Assembly (NCBI GenBank): GCA_009103225.1
Contig: RHPI01000575.1
Span: 1 to 23,281 of the forward strand
DNA length: 23,281 bases
Origin: Chlorokybus atmophyticus
Taxonomy: Eukaryota > Plantae > Mesostigma and Chlorokybus algae
Direction: 5' to 3'
Shown here: positions 1 to 10,361 of the stretch, in pieces
How the letters are laid out: every line of letters begins with the position of its first letter
Position numbering within the stretch: the first letter of the stretch is position 1
The notes under the pieces: generated by a model
The model's database searches: none
What the model was told of the DNA's origin: nothing
The model's input: the letters and a program-made list of their open reading frames with translations, nothing else
Position numbers and translations under genes: made by a program

Positions 1-83
1 ACCCTAACCCTAACCCTAACCCTAACCCTAACCCTAACCCTAACCCTAACCCTAACCCTAACCCTAACCCTAACCCTAACCCT
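1..83 (+). repeat. Telomeric repeat (CCCTAA)n, about 13.8 units; left chromosome end
   Basis: Perfect CCCTAA array from base 1 to 83, C-rich strand 5', abrupt junction to unique sequence at G84. Confidence 0.97.
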
Positions 84-299
84 GATAAGCAATGCTATCT
101 GAAGGTGGCCATGTGTATCATAGCAATGCGCAAGTGCGCATGTATGCATGTACGTGCGCCTATGCGCGTGTCTATGTGTCTCGATGATGATGTATCATAG
201 TGTACATGACTCGGAGTGCAGCTCTTGACTGTCGTTACAATACCTACAGGAATTACATGTCTAGTACATTGCAACTAGCTTCATGCTAAAGGTGCACCC

Positions 300-972
300 T
301 TGCACAGTATAACCGAGTTGCATGTGCGCATATGTAGCATATATGACGGAGTTGTTGCTATTAGCGACATCGATGAGGATGATTGCATACAAGATGAGTG
401 GGATCCTGCAATGCCAGCATTGGCAATAGACCCTTTGTCCCCACCAGAGGCATACATTGACGTCATTCCACAAGTGAAACGCACTGTTGAAGTCATACCT
501 GCTGAACAACAATGCAGCGACATTCGCTCCGTATATGTGGAGCTGTCACAGGTGACAAACGGTTTGGAAGAATGTCCCACCTCAGCAATGCAATGGGCAG
601 AGCAACTACGCGCAGACACTTTGGATGCGGACAACTTTGTGGCAGCTTCTTTGCAGCAGCGGATAACCGCTTGGGCCACCTGGTTGCGACTGACCATGCA
701 AGGCAAGAAGAGCATTGTGCTGGATTGGTTGCGTGACGGGTATCGCTTACAATGGGTAGGCACTCAAGCATCTGATACACGCAAGTGGGACGAAGTGCAA
801 GCACTGTTGAAGGGCGAAGGCTTTAGAGATAATGATATTACAGCCATGCTGTCACGCAATTCTCCAACACCAGTTGTGTTTCGAAATCGCAAGTCCGCTT
901 CCATACATGGCAGTTATGTTGTCAGTGAATTGGCCAACTTGGTGAAAACAGGAGCAATTTCTGTTGTTAATT
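300..972 (+). CDS. N-terminal part of the DIRS pol protein (pre-RT region and RT start), one base out of frame with the rest
   Basis: FVAASLQQRITAW...VLDWLRDGYRLQW...FRNRKSA...VVSELANLVKTGAISVV matches the typical DIRS RT N-terminus (W..GY.l.f...N..Sa...ei..Ll..GAI). The homology continues in the frame of ORF 964-2646. Confidence 0.8.
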
Positions 973-2646
973 GCCAGCGATGTGGCAGTAGTCATTGGCA
1001 TAGGTGTGGTGGAACAAGAAAAGCGTTTGAGGCTCATTATGGACCTGAGATACATCAACCTCTTTTTGCGCCACATTCCCTTCAGCTATGAGCGGTTGCG
1101 CGATGTGTTGTTATACACCAAGCGTCATTTCTGGCAAGTTACCGCAGATCTCAAGTCAGGCTATCATCATGTGCCCATTCACAAAGACAGTAAGCCTTAC
1201 TTGGCTCTGCGCTTTGCTGGGGTCACCTACAGGTGGAATGTACTGCCGTTTGGCCTGAATCAAGCCTGCTGGCTGTTTACAACCTTGATGTCGACTGTGT
1301 TCACGCCTTTGCGGGCAATGGGTTTTCCCTGCCTTGCTTATATTGACGACATGCACTTCAGCCATTCCGATCGTTGGCATTTGTGTTGGCGCATTCGCCG
1401 CGTGCTGCGTCTTTGGAAGTTGCTTGGGATATTTGTCTCTGTGAAGAAAAGCCAATTGTGGCCAGTGCAAGTTGTGCAGTTGTTGGGTCTGCTGGTGGAC
1501 ACGGTCACTGGCTCTTTTGTCATACCCGCCAACAAGCTGGCTAAGATATTGCAGTTAATGAAAGACATCACGCACGCGCCTGTACTGACCAAGCGTCACT
1601 TCGCACGCATTGCTGGCAAACTCATTGCGTTGAAGCTCGCATTTGCACCTGCAAGCATTTATGCTCGCCACCTGATGGGTCTGGCATTGGCCACAGATGC
1701 ATGGGATGACAGCATCGGTGATTTGAGCGCCTTCAGACACTTTTGTGATTGGACTGCTGCGGGCTTGCAGACCTACAATGGCAATGCTTGGTGGAAGCCC
1801 CCTGTGCAGCTTGAGCTACATGTGGATGCATCCGGTACAATTGGTTGGGGGGCGACAGGACCTTGGCCTCGCATGGCAGGCAACTTCAAGCCTGAGCATA
1901 TGACACTGCCTTCAGCGGTTAAGGAGGCACTAGCCTATGTGCAAGCATTTACCGAGGTTGCGCGCGCGTTTCATCTCCAGCACTGTACAGTGCGCATTAT
2001 TGGCGATTGTCAACCAGCTATACAGATGTTGAACAAGCTGTCTGCATCAGACCCTCACGTGCTGCAGGCCTTACATCAATTGTGGTCCTTGTGCTGGGAG
2101 CGTGACATAGCGCTGACATGTGTGTGGCGCTCTCGCGATGCGCTGCGCGATGCGGACGCATTGTCCAAGTTTGTGGATAGAGGGGACTGGTGTCTAACAG
2201 CAGATGCAACTGCGCATGTGCAGCAACATGTTGGACAACCGGCGTTGGATTGTTTTGCAGCCGATTGGAACAGCAAAACACCCGCTTATTTCAGCTACAT
2301 ACACATGCCTGGAAGTTTGGGAAATGCTCTAACTACAAATTGGCGTGACGTTCTTCAACGCTTGGGTGGCGGCTTTGTTTGGTGTCACCCGCCATTGGCT
2401 CTCCTGCATGAAGCCATAGCATTATTGCAGTACTATCAGCTACCAGCTGTGGTGTTGGTGCCTGAATGGCACTCTGCTGTGTGGTGGCCAGTATTTCACA
2501 ATTGGCAATTCAGTTATTTTGAGAGGTTGGGCTCAAGACCTGAGTGGTTTCAAAGGGGTGCGCGAGTACCCGCAAACAGCATCAACCCTGGACGCTACCC
2601 ATACATTTGTGCTTTTGTGCACTGGGTAAGCATACCTCTCATGTAG
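964..2646 (+). CDS. DIRS reverse transcriptase - RNase H - N6-adenine methyltransferase-like (MT) polyprotein
   Basis: RT motifs: RLIMDLRYIN, DLKSGYHHV, WNVLPFGL, YIDD. RNase H: HVDASG..GWGA, EALA, GDCQPA, ADALSK. DIRS MT domain: LDCFAADWNSK, VWCHPP, LVPEW..AVWWP. Confidence 0.93.
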   Translation: MLIASDVAVVIGIGVVEQEKRLRLIMDLRYINLFLRHIPFSYERLRDVLLYTKRHFWQVTADLKSGYHHVPIHKDSKPYLALRFAGVTYRWNVLPFGLNQACWLFTTLMSTVFTPLRAMGFPCLAYIDDMHFSHSDRWHLCWRIRRVLRLWKLLGIFVSVKKSQLWPVQVVQLLGLLVDTVTGSFVIPANKLAKILQLMKDITHAPVLTKRHFARIAGKLIALKLAFAPASIYARHLMGLALATDAWDDSIGDLSAFRHFCDWTAAGLQTYNGNAWWKPPVQLELHVDASGTIGWGATGPWPRMAGNFKPEHMTLPSAVKEALAYVQAFTEVARAFHLQHCTVRIIGDCQPAIQMLNKLSASDPHVLQALHQLWSLCWERDIALTCVWRSRDALRDADALSKFVDRGDWCLTADATAHVQQHVGQPALDCFAADWNSKTPAYFSYIHMPGSLGNALTTNWRDVLQRLGGGFVWCHPPLALLHEAIALLQYYQLPAVVLVPEWHSAVWWPVFHNWQFSYFERLGSRPEWFQRGARVPANSINPGRYPYICAFVHWVSIPLM

Positions 2647-3771
2647 ATAACGATGCATGATAACAGGACTTCTCCATGTGCCTTGAGCTTGTATTTCTTC
2701 CAGGGTGACACCGGCATGAAAGGCACTCTGTGCAGCACCACGCCGAAAGGAATGCAACCCCAGGTGCGGCCTATAAATGCCACATGCCTTGCAGCAACGC
2801 ACGAAGGCATGATAAGCACAATTGCCTGACATGCAGTGTTCTTCCCACTTCAACCTATTCTTTGCAACAGGTCGGAATAAAGGACCAGCAGTGATGGCAA
2901 AGGAGCTGTTGCGACAATAGGTCAGATAGGCGTAGAGCACTTCAGAGAACTCCACAGGGAGACCACTGCTGCGCACTTGTATAGTAGGTGCACCTCCCGT
3001 GCTGTAATTTTTCAGATGTGTTAAAGTGGCCGCTAGCCCTGAGCTTGAATCAGCCGCTTGTATCTCGTGCATTTGTAAACGCGCACCTTCACCACCCCGT
3101 TGCCATGTGCACCACAGGTATATGCATAATGTGTAGTCGCGCCAGAGCACAGCCTTGTCATGTGTGACAGTAGATGGCTGAGGTATGGTAGACAGCTGTT
3201 GCTGGAAGTGGTAGATCAGCGTGCGCATGTCATCCATCGCCAGTGGTACAGCAGCAATAGGTTGCACGCCTTGCCGAGCAGCAATCTTCGCATACCCTTG
3301 GCGAAACTCGCGCACGTCTATGGACAGAAGCGGGTTGCCGACAGACCTGTCGCTGTCCCAAGGGCTGATGCGTCCCAGCAATCTGAAGGAGCATGTGAGA
3401 TGGGAAATGACATTGTCCAGTGTCGTGCTAGCGATCATGCGATGGCCATGGCGGTCAAGCCTGCGAGCTTTGCCAATGTGTGTGTCGGTCCAGTGCCCAG
3501 CAAGGTAGCTTGTGACGACTGCTGGGGTGACGTTGGCAACAGCAATACTCAGCTCAGGATGTTGCAGATAGTTGACAAACTCTTGCCACACGCGATCACG
3601 TTGATTGCGAGTCTCATCGCAGACAGCTTCACGGCTGATGCGCTCCACGTCTATCAGCGCTGCCGCAGCTCGCTCACGCAGATTACAACTGGTTATTGGT
3701 TGAGGACGAATTGCTGCGCGTGCGGTGCGTTGCACATCAGCGGTTTGCTGCAACCGCTGTGCAAAATCCAT
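2533..3771 (-). CDS. Tyrosine recombinase of the DIRS element
   Basis: Catalytic set R (WQRGGE), K (HLKN), HxxR (HSFRRG), W (GTWRS), Y (MHRY). ATG at 3771 directly follows an acceptor-like tccgcag; the ORF is open to 3792. Confidence 0.93.
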   Translation of the reverse strand: MDFAQRLQQTADVQRTARAAIRPQPITSCNLRERAAAALIDVERISREAVCDETRNQRDRVWQEFVNYLQHPELSIAVANVTPAVVTSYLAGHWTDTHIGKARRLDRHGHRMIASTTLDNVISHLTCSFRLLGRISPWDSDRSVGNPLLSIDVREFRQGYAKIAARQGVQPIAAVPLAMDDMRTLIYHFQQQLSTIPQPSTVTHDKAVLWRDYTLCIYLWCTWQRGGEGARLQMHEIQAADSSSGLAATLTHLKNYSTGGAPTIQVRSSGLPVEFSEVLYAYLTYCRNSSFAITAGPLFRPVAKNRLKWEEHCMSGNCAYHAFVRCCKACGIYRPHLGLHSFRRGAAQSAFHAGVTLEEIQAQGTWRSPVIMHRYLHERYAYPVHKSTNVWVASRVDAVCGYSRTPLKPLRS

Positions 3772-3901
3772 CTGCGGACACAGAGAAACCATTACTCAAC
3801 TACTAAACACAATGACCTTGACTGTAACTTTGGCAAGAAACTATACCAAGCTCTACACCTATAACCCTTACCTACTAATGTATGCTTGGGAGGGTGCGGT
3901 A

Positions 3902-4066
3902 GAATGTTTGATGCATCTACAGTTGTTCATCGTGTAAACCACAACTATAACGATGAATGCGTTGCATCGTAGGGCTTAGGTGTTCTTGCCAAAGTTGGAC
4001 TGTAGGTAGGATTGTTGTTTGCGACAAAAGGAATGTAAATCGCTCATCGTGTGCAAAGTAGTATAA
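3902..4066 (+). repeat. 165-bp direct repeat, copy 1 (B1 of split direct repeat)
   Basis: gaatgtttgatgcatc...gcaaagtagtataa, identical to 4481-4645. Confidence 0.95.
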
Positions 4067-4480
4067 TGGTCATTACTTGTTGAGGCTGACTATTGGTCAG
4101 CTAGATTGAAATAACAAACTGTTAACCATTTAATTAGTACTAGTTGTTAGCGCTAGGGTTAATTGACACACACACGTGTCAACTTACTGTTCAGTCGCGG
4201 CCGTCACCTCAGCGGCGTCGCTGGCGGCGGCGCTGACGGCCGAAAGTTCGCCCTTCCCGCCCCACCCTGTTGCGCCACTGCGCCGGACACATGCGCCCAG
4301 TCTCGATTGCGCTGGTCAGTGCGTACGCAATTGGTCATCAAACTGAGCTGATTGTGAATCCGAATGCGTTCATGACATGTAACGAAGATTCGGGTCATGT
4401 GAACAGCGTTTATCACCGTACGTTGGTGTCGTCACATCGACGATGATACGCGTCATTATCAACCACCGTCGGTTCGTCCC

Positions 4481-4645
4481 GAATGTTTGATGCATCTACA
4501 GTTGTTCATCGTGTAAACCACAACTATAACGATGAATGCGTTGCATCGTAGGGCTTAGGTGTTCTTGCCAAAGTTGGACTGTAGGTAGGATTGTTGTTTG
4601 CGACAAAAGGAATGTAAATCGCTCATCGTGTGCAAAGTAGTATAA
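4481..4645 (+). repeat. 165-bp direct repeat, copy 2 (B2, probable right terminus of the DIRS element)
   Basis: Identical to 3902-4066; flanks diverge on both sides. Confidence 0.95.
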
Positions 4646-4886
4646 CGACCAAAACCCAACGCTCACGGGGAGGCATTTGCCGTACCGGTGCTTATTGTCC
4701 CGGTGTGCTGCCCGACCGCGCCCATTACTATGATCGCAGCGTGCGACCCAGCGGTCGACGTCACATGCTAACACATCGATCAGGCGGCCACTATAGCGTC
4801 GCGCACCCTTCTCTGTGCTCACAGCGCGGTGAGGCAGCGGTCGAAATCCCTAACATTATAAACAGCGTTTTGTCAATTTGTATGAA

Positions 4887-4918
4887 CTAGTGCGTTAACC
4901 CGTGGCACAACCACGGGT
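4887..4918 (-). mobile_element. Helitron-like 3' terminus (GC-rich hairpin + CTAG|T)
   Basis: Minus strand reads ACCCGTGG-TTGTG-CCACGGGT-TAACGCA-CTAG|T: an 8-bp stem 7 nt before CTAG, followed by host T. The 5' end and RepHel were not found. Confidence 0.6.
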
Positions 4919-5648
4919 AAAAGGACATATATTGTTGGCATGTATGGTGTGTCTATCTGGTTTGATCGCACGCATGTGCAAACCTCATGGAATGTTGAGT
5001 TTAATTGTTATTATAGATTTATCCATAATGCAATAGAGTATGAGACAATTTCAATACATTGACACCATGAATGATCTACATACTACGTCGCAAATTTTAC
5101 ACGGTGACTGACTAAGGACTGAGGGACTGACTGGTGCCTGAGCCTGCCTGAGCCTGTTTGTTGCTGCCTGAAATATTACTTTTGGACTGTTGGGTTTGCC
5201 GTTGGCTTAAGTGGACTGACGCAGACGGCCGCGGGCCGAAAGTGGTTGTTAGTGGCACTAACCGGCCGAGAGTTGTCAACCAGTTACCCTTTGGTCGATG
5301 TGCACAGACGGCCGTTGACCGGTAGTTACGGACAGCTGACAGCAATAGCCGGCAGTTTCTTTGCCGTTACACTGCTGTTAATATGTGACCCTTGCCGTTT
5401 GACAAAAGTTGGCAATTCTTGCCGTAAGCCAACACTAACATGCCATGCAGCTTGTACAAACCTTGGACTGATTGTTTGGTCTTGCACCTAAAAGCCCACA
5501 ATATATACAATGTACGGGCAGTGGTGAGAGTATGTCCACTTACAACTGAGCAGCCGACTTGCGCATGAAACTATCCTATAACATTGAGTCTAGCTGTCGG
5601 ACTCATGCGCAGCTTGTCAACCCGTGGTGCCTGCTTCAGAACTCCTCC

Positions 5649-6494
5649 TCAACCCCCCTCCTCCTGTTCCTCCTCCGACGAGCCTTCTGCTTCAACGCCG
5701 GAGTCATCTTCATCCGCTGCCTCTCTCGCTGACAGTACAGCGGCTACTTCGTCCTTCGGCTTGAATGTCAGCGCCTCGCCGTGCACGCGCATGCGCTTGA
5801 TGGTCGCTTTGAGAGTGACCACCTGCATTTGGTAATGCTGTAAGAGTGGCGTGCTGCTAGAGGACTAGCCCATCAGCATACACACGCTTACCTCGTCTTC
5901 CGCTTTGTTGCACTCCGCCAGGCAAACAGTCAGCCTGCCGCGCTGCTCTTGGGTCACTCTGACCAATATGGCAATCTGCAAGCATACTGCTTAATACCGC
6001 TGGAAACATTAAACTAGGTCATGGATTACCCGTTCGTTTGACTCCGCAGCTTCTCTTGTGCGACTTGTAAGCTCCCGCAAGTAGAAATAGGCTGTGCATT
6101 TGCGAAATTGGTCATGCTGTTCATGTGCATGACACTGGAGGTTGTGCATGAGGGTGTGCATGTCGTATTGACAATGTATGTCAAGTGCAAGATACTTGAG
6201 GCTGTGCATGTGCAAGATAAAAGAACCCTAGCATGTGGCATTGACAGTGCATCGTAACCCACCTTGGTTATGCCAGTCTTGTTTGGTCTCTTCAATCATG
6301 TCGCCGTGGTCGCAGCTGCTGGTGGGTCGGATTTTCTTAGAGGCAGTATTGTGGTGTGCCTTTGCCCACTTGGAGGGGGAGCCCTGTAAGATATCGCCCG
6401 AGTCACTGTTGTCATTGGATGTGCCCTTGGTAGTCTTGGTGGGGTTTGACACCGAGGACACCCCTCCGGCACCCTGCCCGCCCTGTGCGAACAT
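5649..6494 (-). CDS. Four-exon orphan protein, low-complexity N-terminus, short coiled-coil, acidic tail
   Basis: Exons 6494-6263, 6091-6030, 5975-5892, 5822-5649 joined by GT-AG introns with compatible phases (...WHNQ/AYFYLRELTSRTREAAESNER/IAILVRVTQEQRGRLTVCLAECNKAEDE/VVTLKATIKRMRVHGEAL...EEEQEEGG*). Start codon uncertain. Confidence 0.6.
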
Positions 6495-6667
6495 GGAATT
6501 CATCCCGGACCTCGACCACAATGCCCACTACGCCCCTGGCAGCGCCGCCAACGATCTTCCAAACGCCACATACCCTCGGCATCACGCCCCTGTAAGGGCA
6601 TAGCTTGGCGGAGCTATCAATGGTGTTTTCATGCGCAGGGGGACTGACATTGCCAGAGTTGTCAATG

Positions 6668-6860
6668 GTACGAACTGCCATTGCCATTGTACAAAGGTAC
6701 CATTTCAATGGTCCTTTGTACAATGCCTATACCTTTTGGCAAAGGCATCTCCGTACCATTGAAACGGTTCAATCAGAATATATATGTATATAAAATATCC
6801 AGAGACTCACCCTGGACGTGCAATGGCTCGATCGTACCATTATAATGGTACGACGGAGCC
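6668..6860. promoter_or_regulatory. Divergent promoter region with 7 GTAC cores and two hairpins
   Basis: GTAC at 6668, 6689, 6697, 6718, 6753, 6834, 6848. Near-perfect hairpin 6685-6725. Perfect palindrome TCGTACCATTATAATGGTACGA at 6832-6853. Lies between divergent genes. Confidence 0.55.
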
Positions 6861-7013
6861 AGTGACTGGCGGCCAAGTTTCCCGCCTCTGGCATGCAAGG
6901 GTAGCGGTAGCGGTGGCGGTGGCGGCGGCGGCGGCGGCGGCGGCGGGTGTGCGTGTTGCTGGATATGATGCAGGTTACATTGGCGACACCTGTGTCGACG
7001 TTAGTAGTGAGAT

Positions 7014-10000
7014 ATGGGAGTCCTTTGTCCGTATTGCCACATGCGCTTCGCCACACGCAGCTCGGTCTACATGCACATTATTAGCAGCAGGGTGTGCAAG
7101 CAGATCAAGCTGTATGTCGGCCAGCGTCCATTACAGTACGATGCGGGTCATGTTGAACCGGGGAGTTCGATCCAGGATGCTCACATGCTTGATGCTGAAG
7201 GATTCCTCCAGGAGACACACGCACAACAGCAACAGGAGGAGGAGGAAGTGAACGAGGGCTTTCGATGTGTGCGTGTGCCTGAGAAACCTGTGGCACGCCA
7301 ACATGAAAGTGGAGGCGTCCCTTCGCACGCGTCGGAATCCAGGTGGTATGGCTCGGAGCATGCTCTTGCAATGGCATTCGTGCAATGCAACAACGGCCAA
7401 GGCCTGTCGGCCTCCGACATGGGGCGGATCATCAAGTGCATCCGAAATGCACACTTCCTGACGGAAGAGCTCCAGTGGGAGACCGGTGTGCATGCGGCCA
7501 GCTACCTCCGGACCACGATTGCTTTCTCTCAGTCTGAGGTATGTTTACGGTGTGCGGTGCATGTGCTTCAACCATCAGAGCCATGTCACATTTGCACATG
7601 CGAGTGTGCTGCCGTATCAGAACTACGTGACGGCTGACCTGCGCAAGCCTGGAGACCCTGAGGATCAGGACATCTGCGTCACATATATGCCGGCCAAGGT
7701 CTGTGAAATGCAGTACCTAATGCAGTATCGATGCAGTATCTATTCTGAGGCCAGCATAGTAAGTAATGCTCTTGGTCGGAGCAGGTATGGCTCGCGCGGT
7801 TGTATGGCAATCCACATGCCGCCAATGGCTTCAATCTCCAGTACACTGGTGACGAGCACAGCTTTGGCCATGGCCTTCCACGGGCGATTGGTGGAAGGAT
7901 GTGGAGGTGGATTTAAGGAGAGAGGTGGGGGAAGCGTCCTACTTGGCGCCTGCCATTCTGTACAGTGACAAGACCACGCTGGACAGCGCGGGCAAGCGCT
8001 CTGGCTACCCTCTGATGGCATCGCTTGCCAACTACAGTTGGGACATGTATGCTAGCAACATGGGGGTTGTTATGATAGCGCTTCTGCCGGTGTTTCACGC
8101 AGTGGCCGGGCATCCCACCTGGGCGCAGGGCAAGAAATCGTTCTCCATTCGGAAACGTGAGATTTTTCATGACGCTTTGAATGTAGTGTTAGGGGATGTG
8201 AAGCGGGCGAGTTGGGAAGGTCTGCAGCTCATCGACCCGAATGGCATCGAGCGTCGTGTGTTTCCCGCGCTTGCCAACTACATCAGCGATTTGCAGGTAG
8301 TGGGCATGAATGGTTGTAACCGGATGCAGCCCGCCAGCAAACAGTGCATGGAGGATGTTGTCAGTAGAACATCTGAGTTTGTCGTGTTGTAGGAGACTGC
8401 CACACTCGCACGCACTGTGTCGGGCAACCAAACACGACATCCTTGCGATGTTTGTCTCGTAACCAAATCAGATCTGTTGGAGATGGATGAGGACCGGGAA
8501 TTGAGAACCGAGGCCTTTTACACACCAGCACTACGTCAGCTGCGGACGGACCTGCATAGCGGTGTTAGGAATGCACGCCAGACAGCCAAGGCTTTCAAAG
8601 AGCAGCACTCCATGCATGTCGAGGAGGTAATGGTCATATTACCGGCATTCGTGAGGATGAATGGCTTTCCGTGAAACCAGGCAATGTGGTTTGGCAACAG
8701 AATGCACTGTGGGGTTGGCGACAGTCGCGGGTGCCGGGAGCTGACTGCTACTCTCGTCTTGCCCCTGACGCAATGCATGTGCTGGGAGGCATCATTGACC
8801 ACCTGCTTGCTGCTGTGTACGACGCCGCGAAGGAACCAATGCGTCCATCCACGAGACAGATTCTGCAGGCCAGGCACGTCTTTGGTGTTGCTTTTGTGTT
8901 GAACACAAAAGCCAACAACATGTGCTCACGAGCAGATGTGCACAGGCTGAATGCATGCAAGGCGACTCTGCGGGTTTCGCACTTCAAGGCACCCGCAAGC
9001 ACAATAGATTTCTTCCTGTCCGACCACTCCTTTTAGGTGGTGGAGAAAGTGGCGGTGCTGCAGCTGCTGCCGGTCCTCACAGACGGTTTGCTGCTCGACA
9101 GTGAGGGCAACGATTTCTTCACCATTGCTGCCGCATCGCTTGCCCAGTGGAACAAGAAGTTGCTGAAGGCGCATGAACACACAAGAGAGACCATGACCAC
9201 AGCCGACGACGAGCTGGCTGCCTTCAAAGCTGCAGTGTTGCATCCGCTACTGTCGTCATATTCTGCACAGAAGTCAGGTTGGAAGATCGAGAAGATGCAT
9301 CAGCTCACTCATTTTGGGCCGGCAATTGTTAGCAGTGGACACCCAGATTGGTTCAGCGCCAACCGCATGGAGCAGACGCACGCTCAAAATATCAAACGGT
9401 GGGCGCGTGGTGGCAACAACCGGGACTATCAGGCACGTATCCTAAAGGCATGGAGCTGTGCGAAATATGTGAGAGATGATGGCATGGTCGTGGATCCCGA
9501 GATGCGCTCGGTCACGGTGCAGGCGCGGCAGCAGTGCTGTAATGTCATGGAGAAGACGGACAAGTTGCTACGGATGGATGTGCTGACAAGGAGGGAGTCC
9601 AGCCCGTACTGGAGCGGATCTGCGCGTAGCCGCCAAGTCGCCTTGAAGACTCCATTTGCCGACAAGCTGCCTGCCACCCTGGACAGCTGGTTGAGGAGGG
9701 AACAACTGGAGTTGGCCGACGGGTGGCGTGCTGTTCGCGTGGTGAACGGAGGCGCAGCGGTGTACATGACATCAGGAGTCAGCATGGCGCGCGCAACTGG
9801 GATGTTCCATGGGCGGCCTTGGTTCTCTACACTTGAGTTGGAAGGTGATGAGGACGGTGTGAACGTGACGTGGTGGGCTCAGGCACTCCTTTTTCTGCGC
9901 GTGGTGGTGTGGGGTGGTAGCGGCGAGCGCGTGTGGAAGGAGGTCGTGTTTGTCCGCTGGTACACGAAGCTGGATGTGACGAGCGACACAAAGTGCATCG

Positions 10001-10158
10001 CTCCGGAATGGGAAAAGCGTCGAGGCGGTCCACATCTCGATGTCGTGACTCTGGAGCAAGTAAAAGGTATTGTCCAGCTGCTCCCCATGTTTGACAAGGA
10101 CAGCGCCCGTGTACAAGAGGGCAAGTATTGGGTGAACGTTCACTGCACTTCCACGTGA
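7014..10158 (+). pseudogene. Plavaka-family (CMC/CACTA-related) transposase, spliced, with one frameshift and one nonsense codon
   Basis: Exons 7014-7538, 7621-7698, 7785-8296, 8393-8626, 8701-10158 (a further intron near 8874-8935 is possible). Motifs: PSTGDWW, ILYSDKT, YPLMASLAN, IFHDAL, RRVFPALANYISDLQ/E, CDVC, PDAMH, KMHQLTH, NRMEQTH, ATGMFHGRPWFS. Frameshift at 7872-7873; in-frame TAG at 9034-9036. Confidence 0.85.
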
Positions 10159-10361
10159 CACATGTACTTGTCTCACTACTCTGAGTTTGGAGCATATCAG
10201 TCAGTTAGGCATTGCTAATCGTATGCTAAGACTTTTGCATGTGGACGTGTACAATACCGGGCAGCTGTCACTGCACAACTGTCACCACAATCGAATGATC
10301 CATGCAACATTCAACAATCAGTCCGCCGTGTGGCATTAAGCATCAATACAGTGCACCACAC

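Larger units (their letters stand above)
84..4645 (+). mobile_element. DIRS-order (tyrosine recombinase) retrotransposon, PAT/kangaroo-like with split direct repeats, 5'-truncated by the telomere
   Basis: RT-RNaseH-MT ORF, YR ORF on the opposite strand, and an exact 165-bp direct repeat pair at the right end. No gag or left terminal repeat before the telomere. Confidence 0.9.

Noticed and set aside
3160-3864. 234-aa plus-strand ORF (also 9429-9785, 10930-11412, 13715-14050, 17354-18064 and other antisense ORFs)
   Set aside because: They lie antisense to recognisable or spliced coding regions and show no motifs; treated as shadow ORFs of GC-rich coding DNA.
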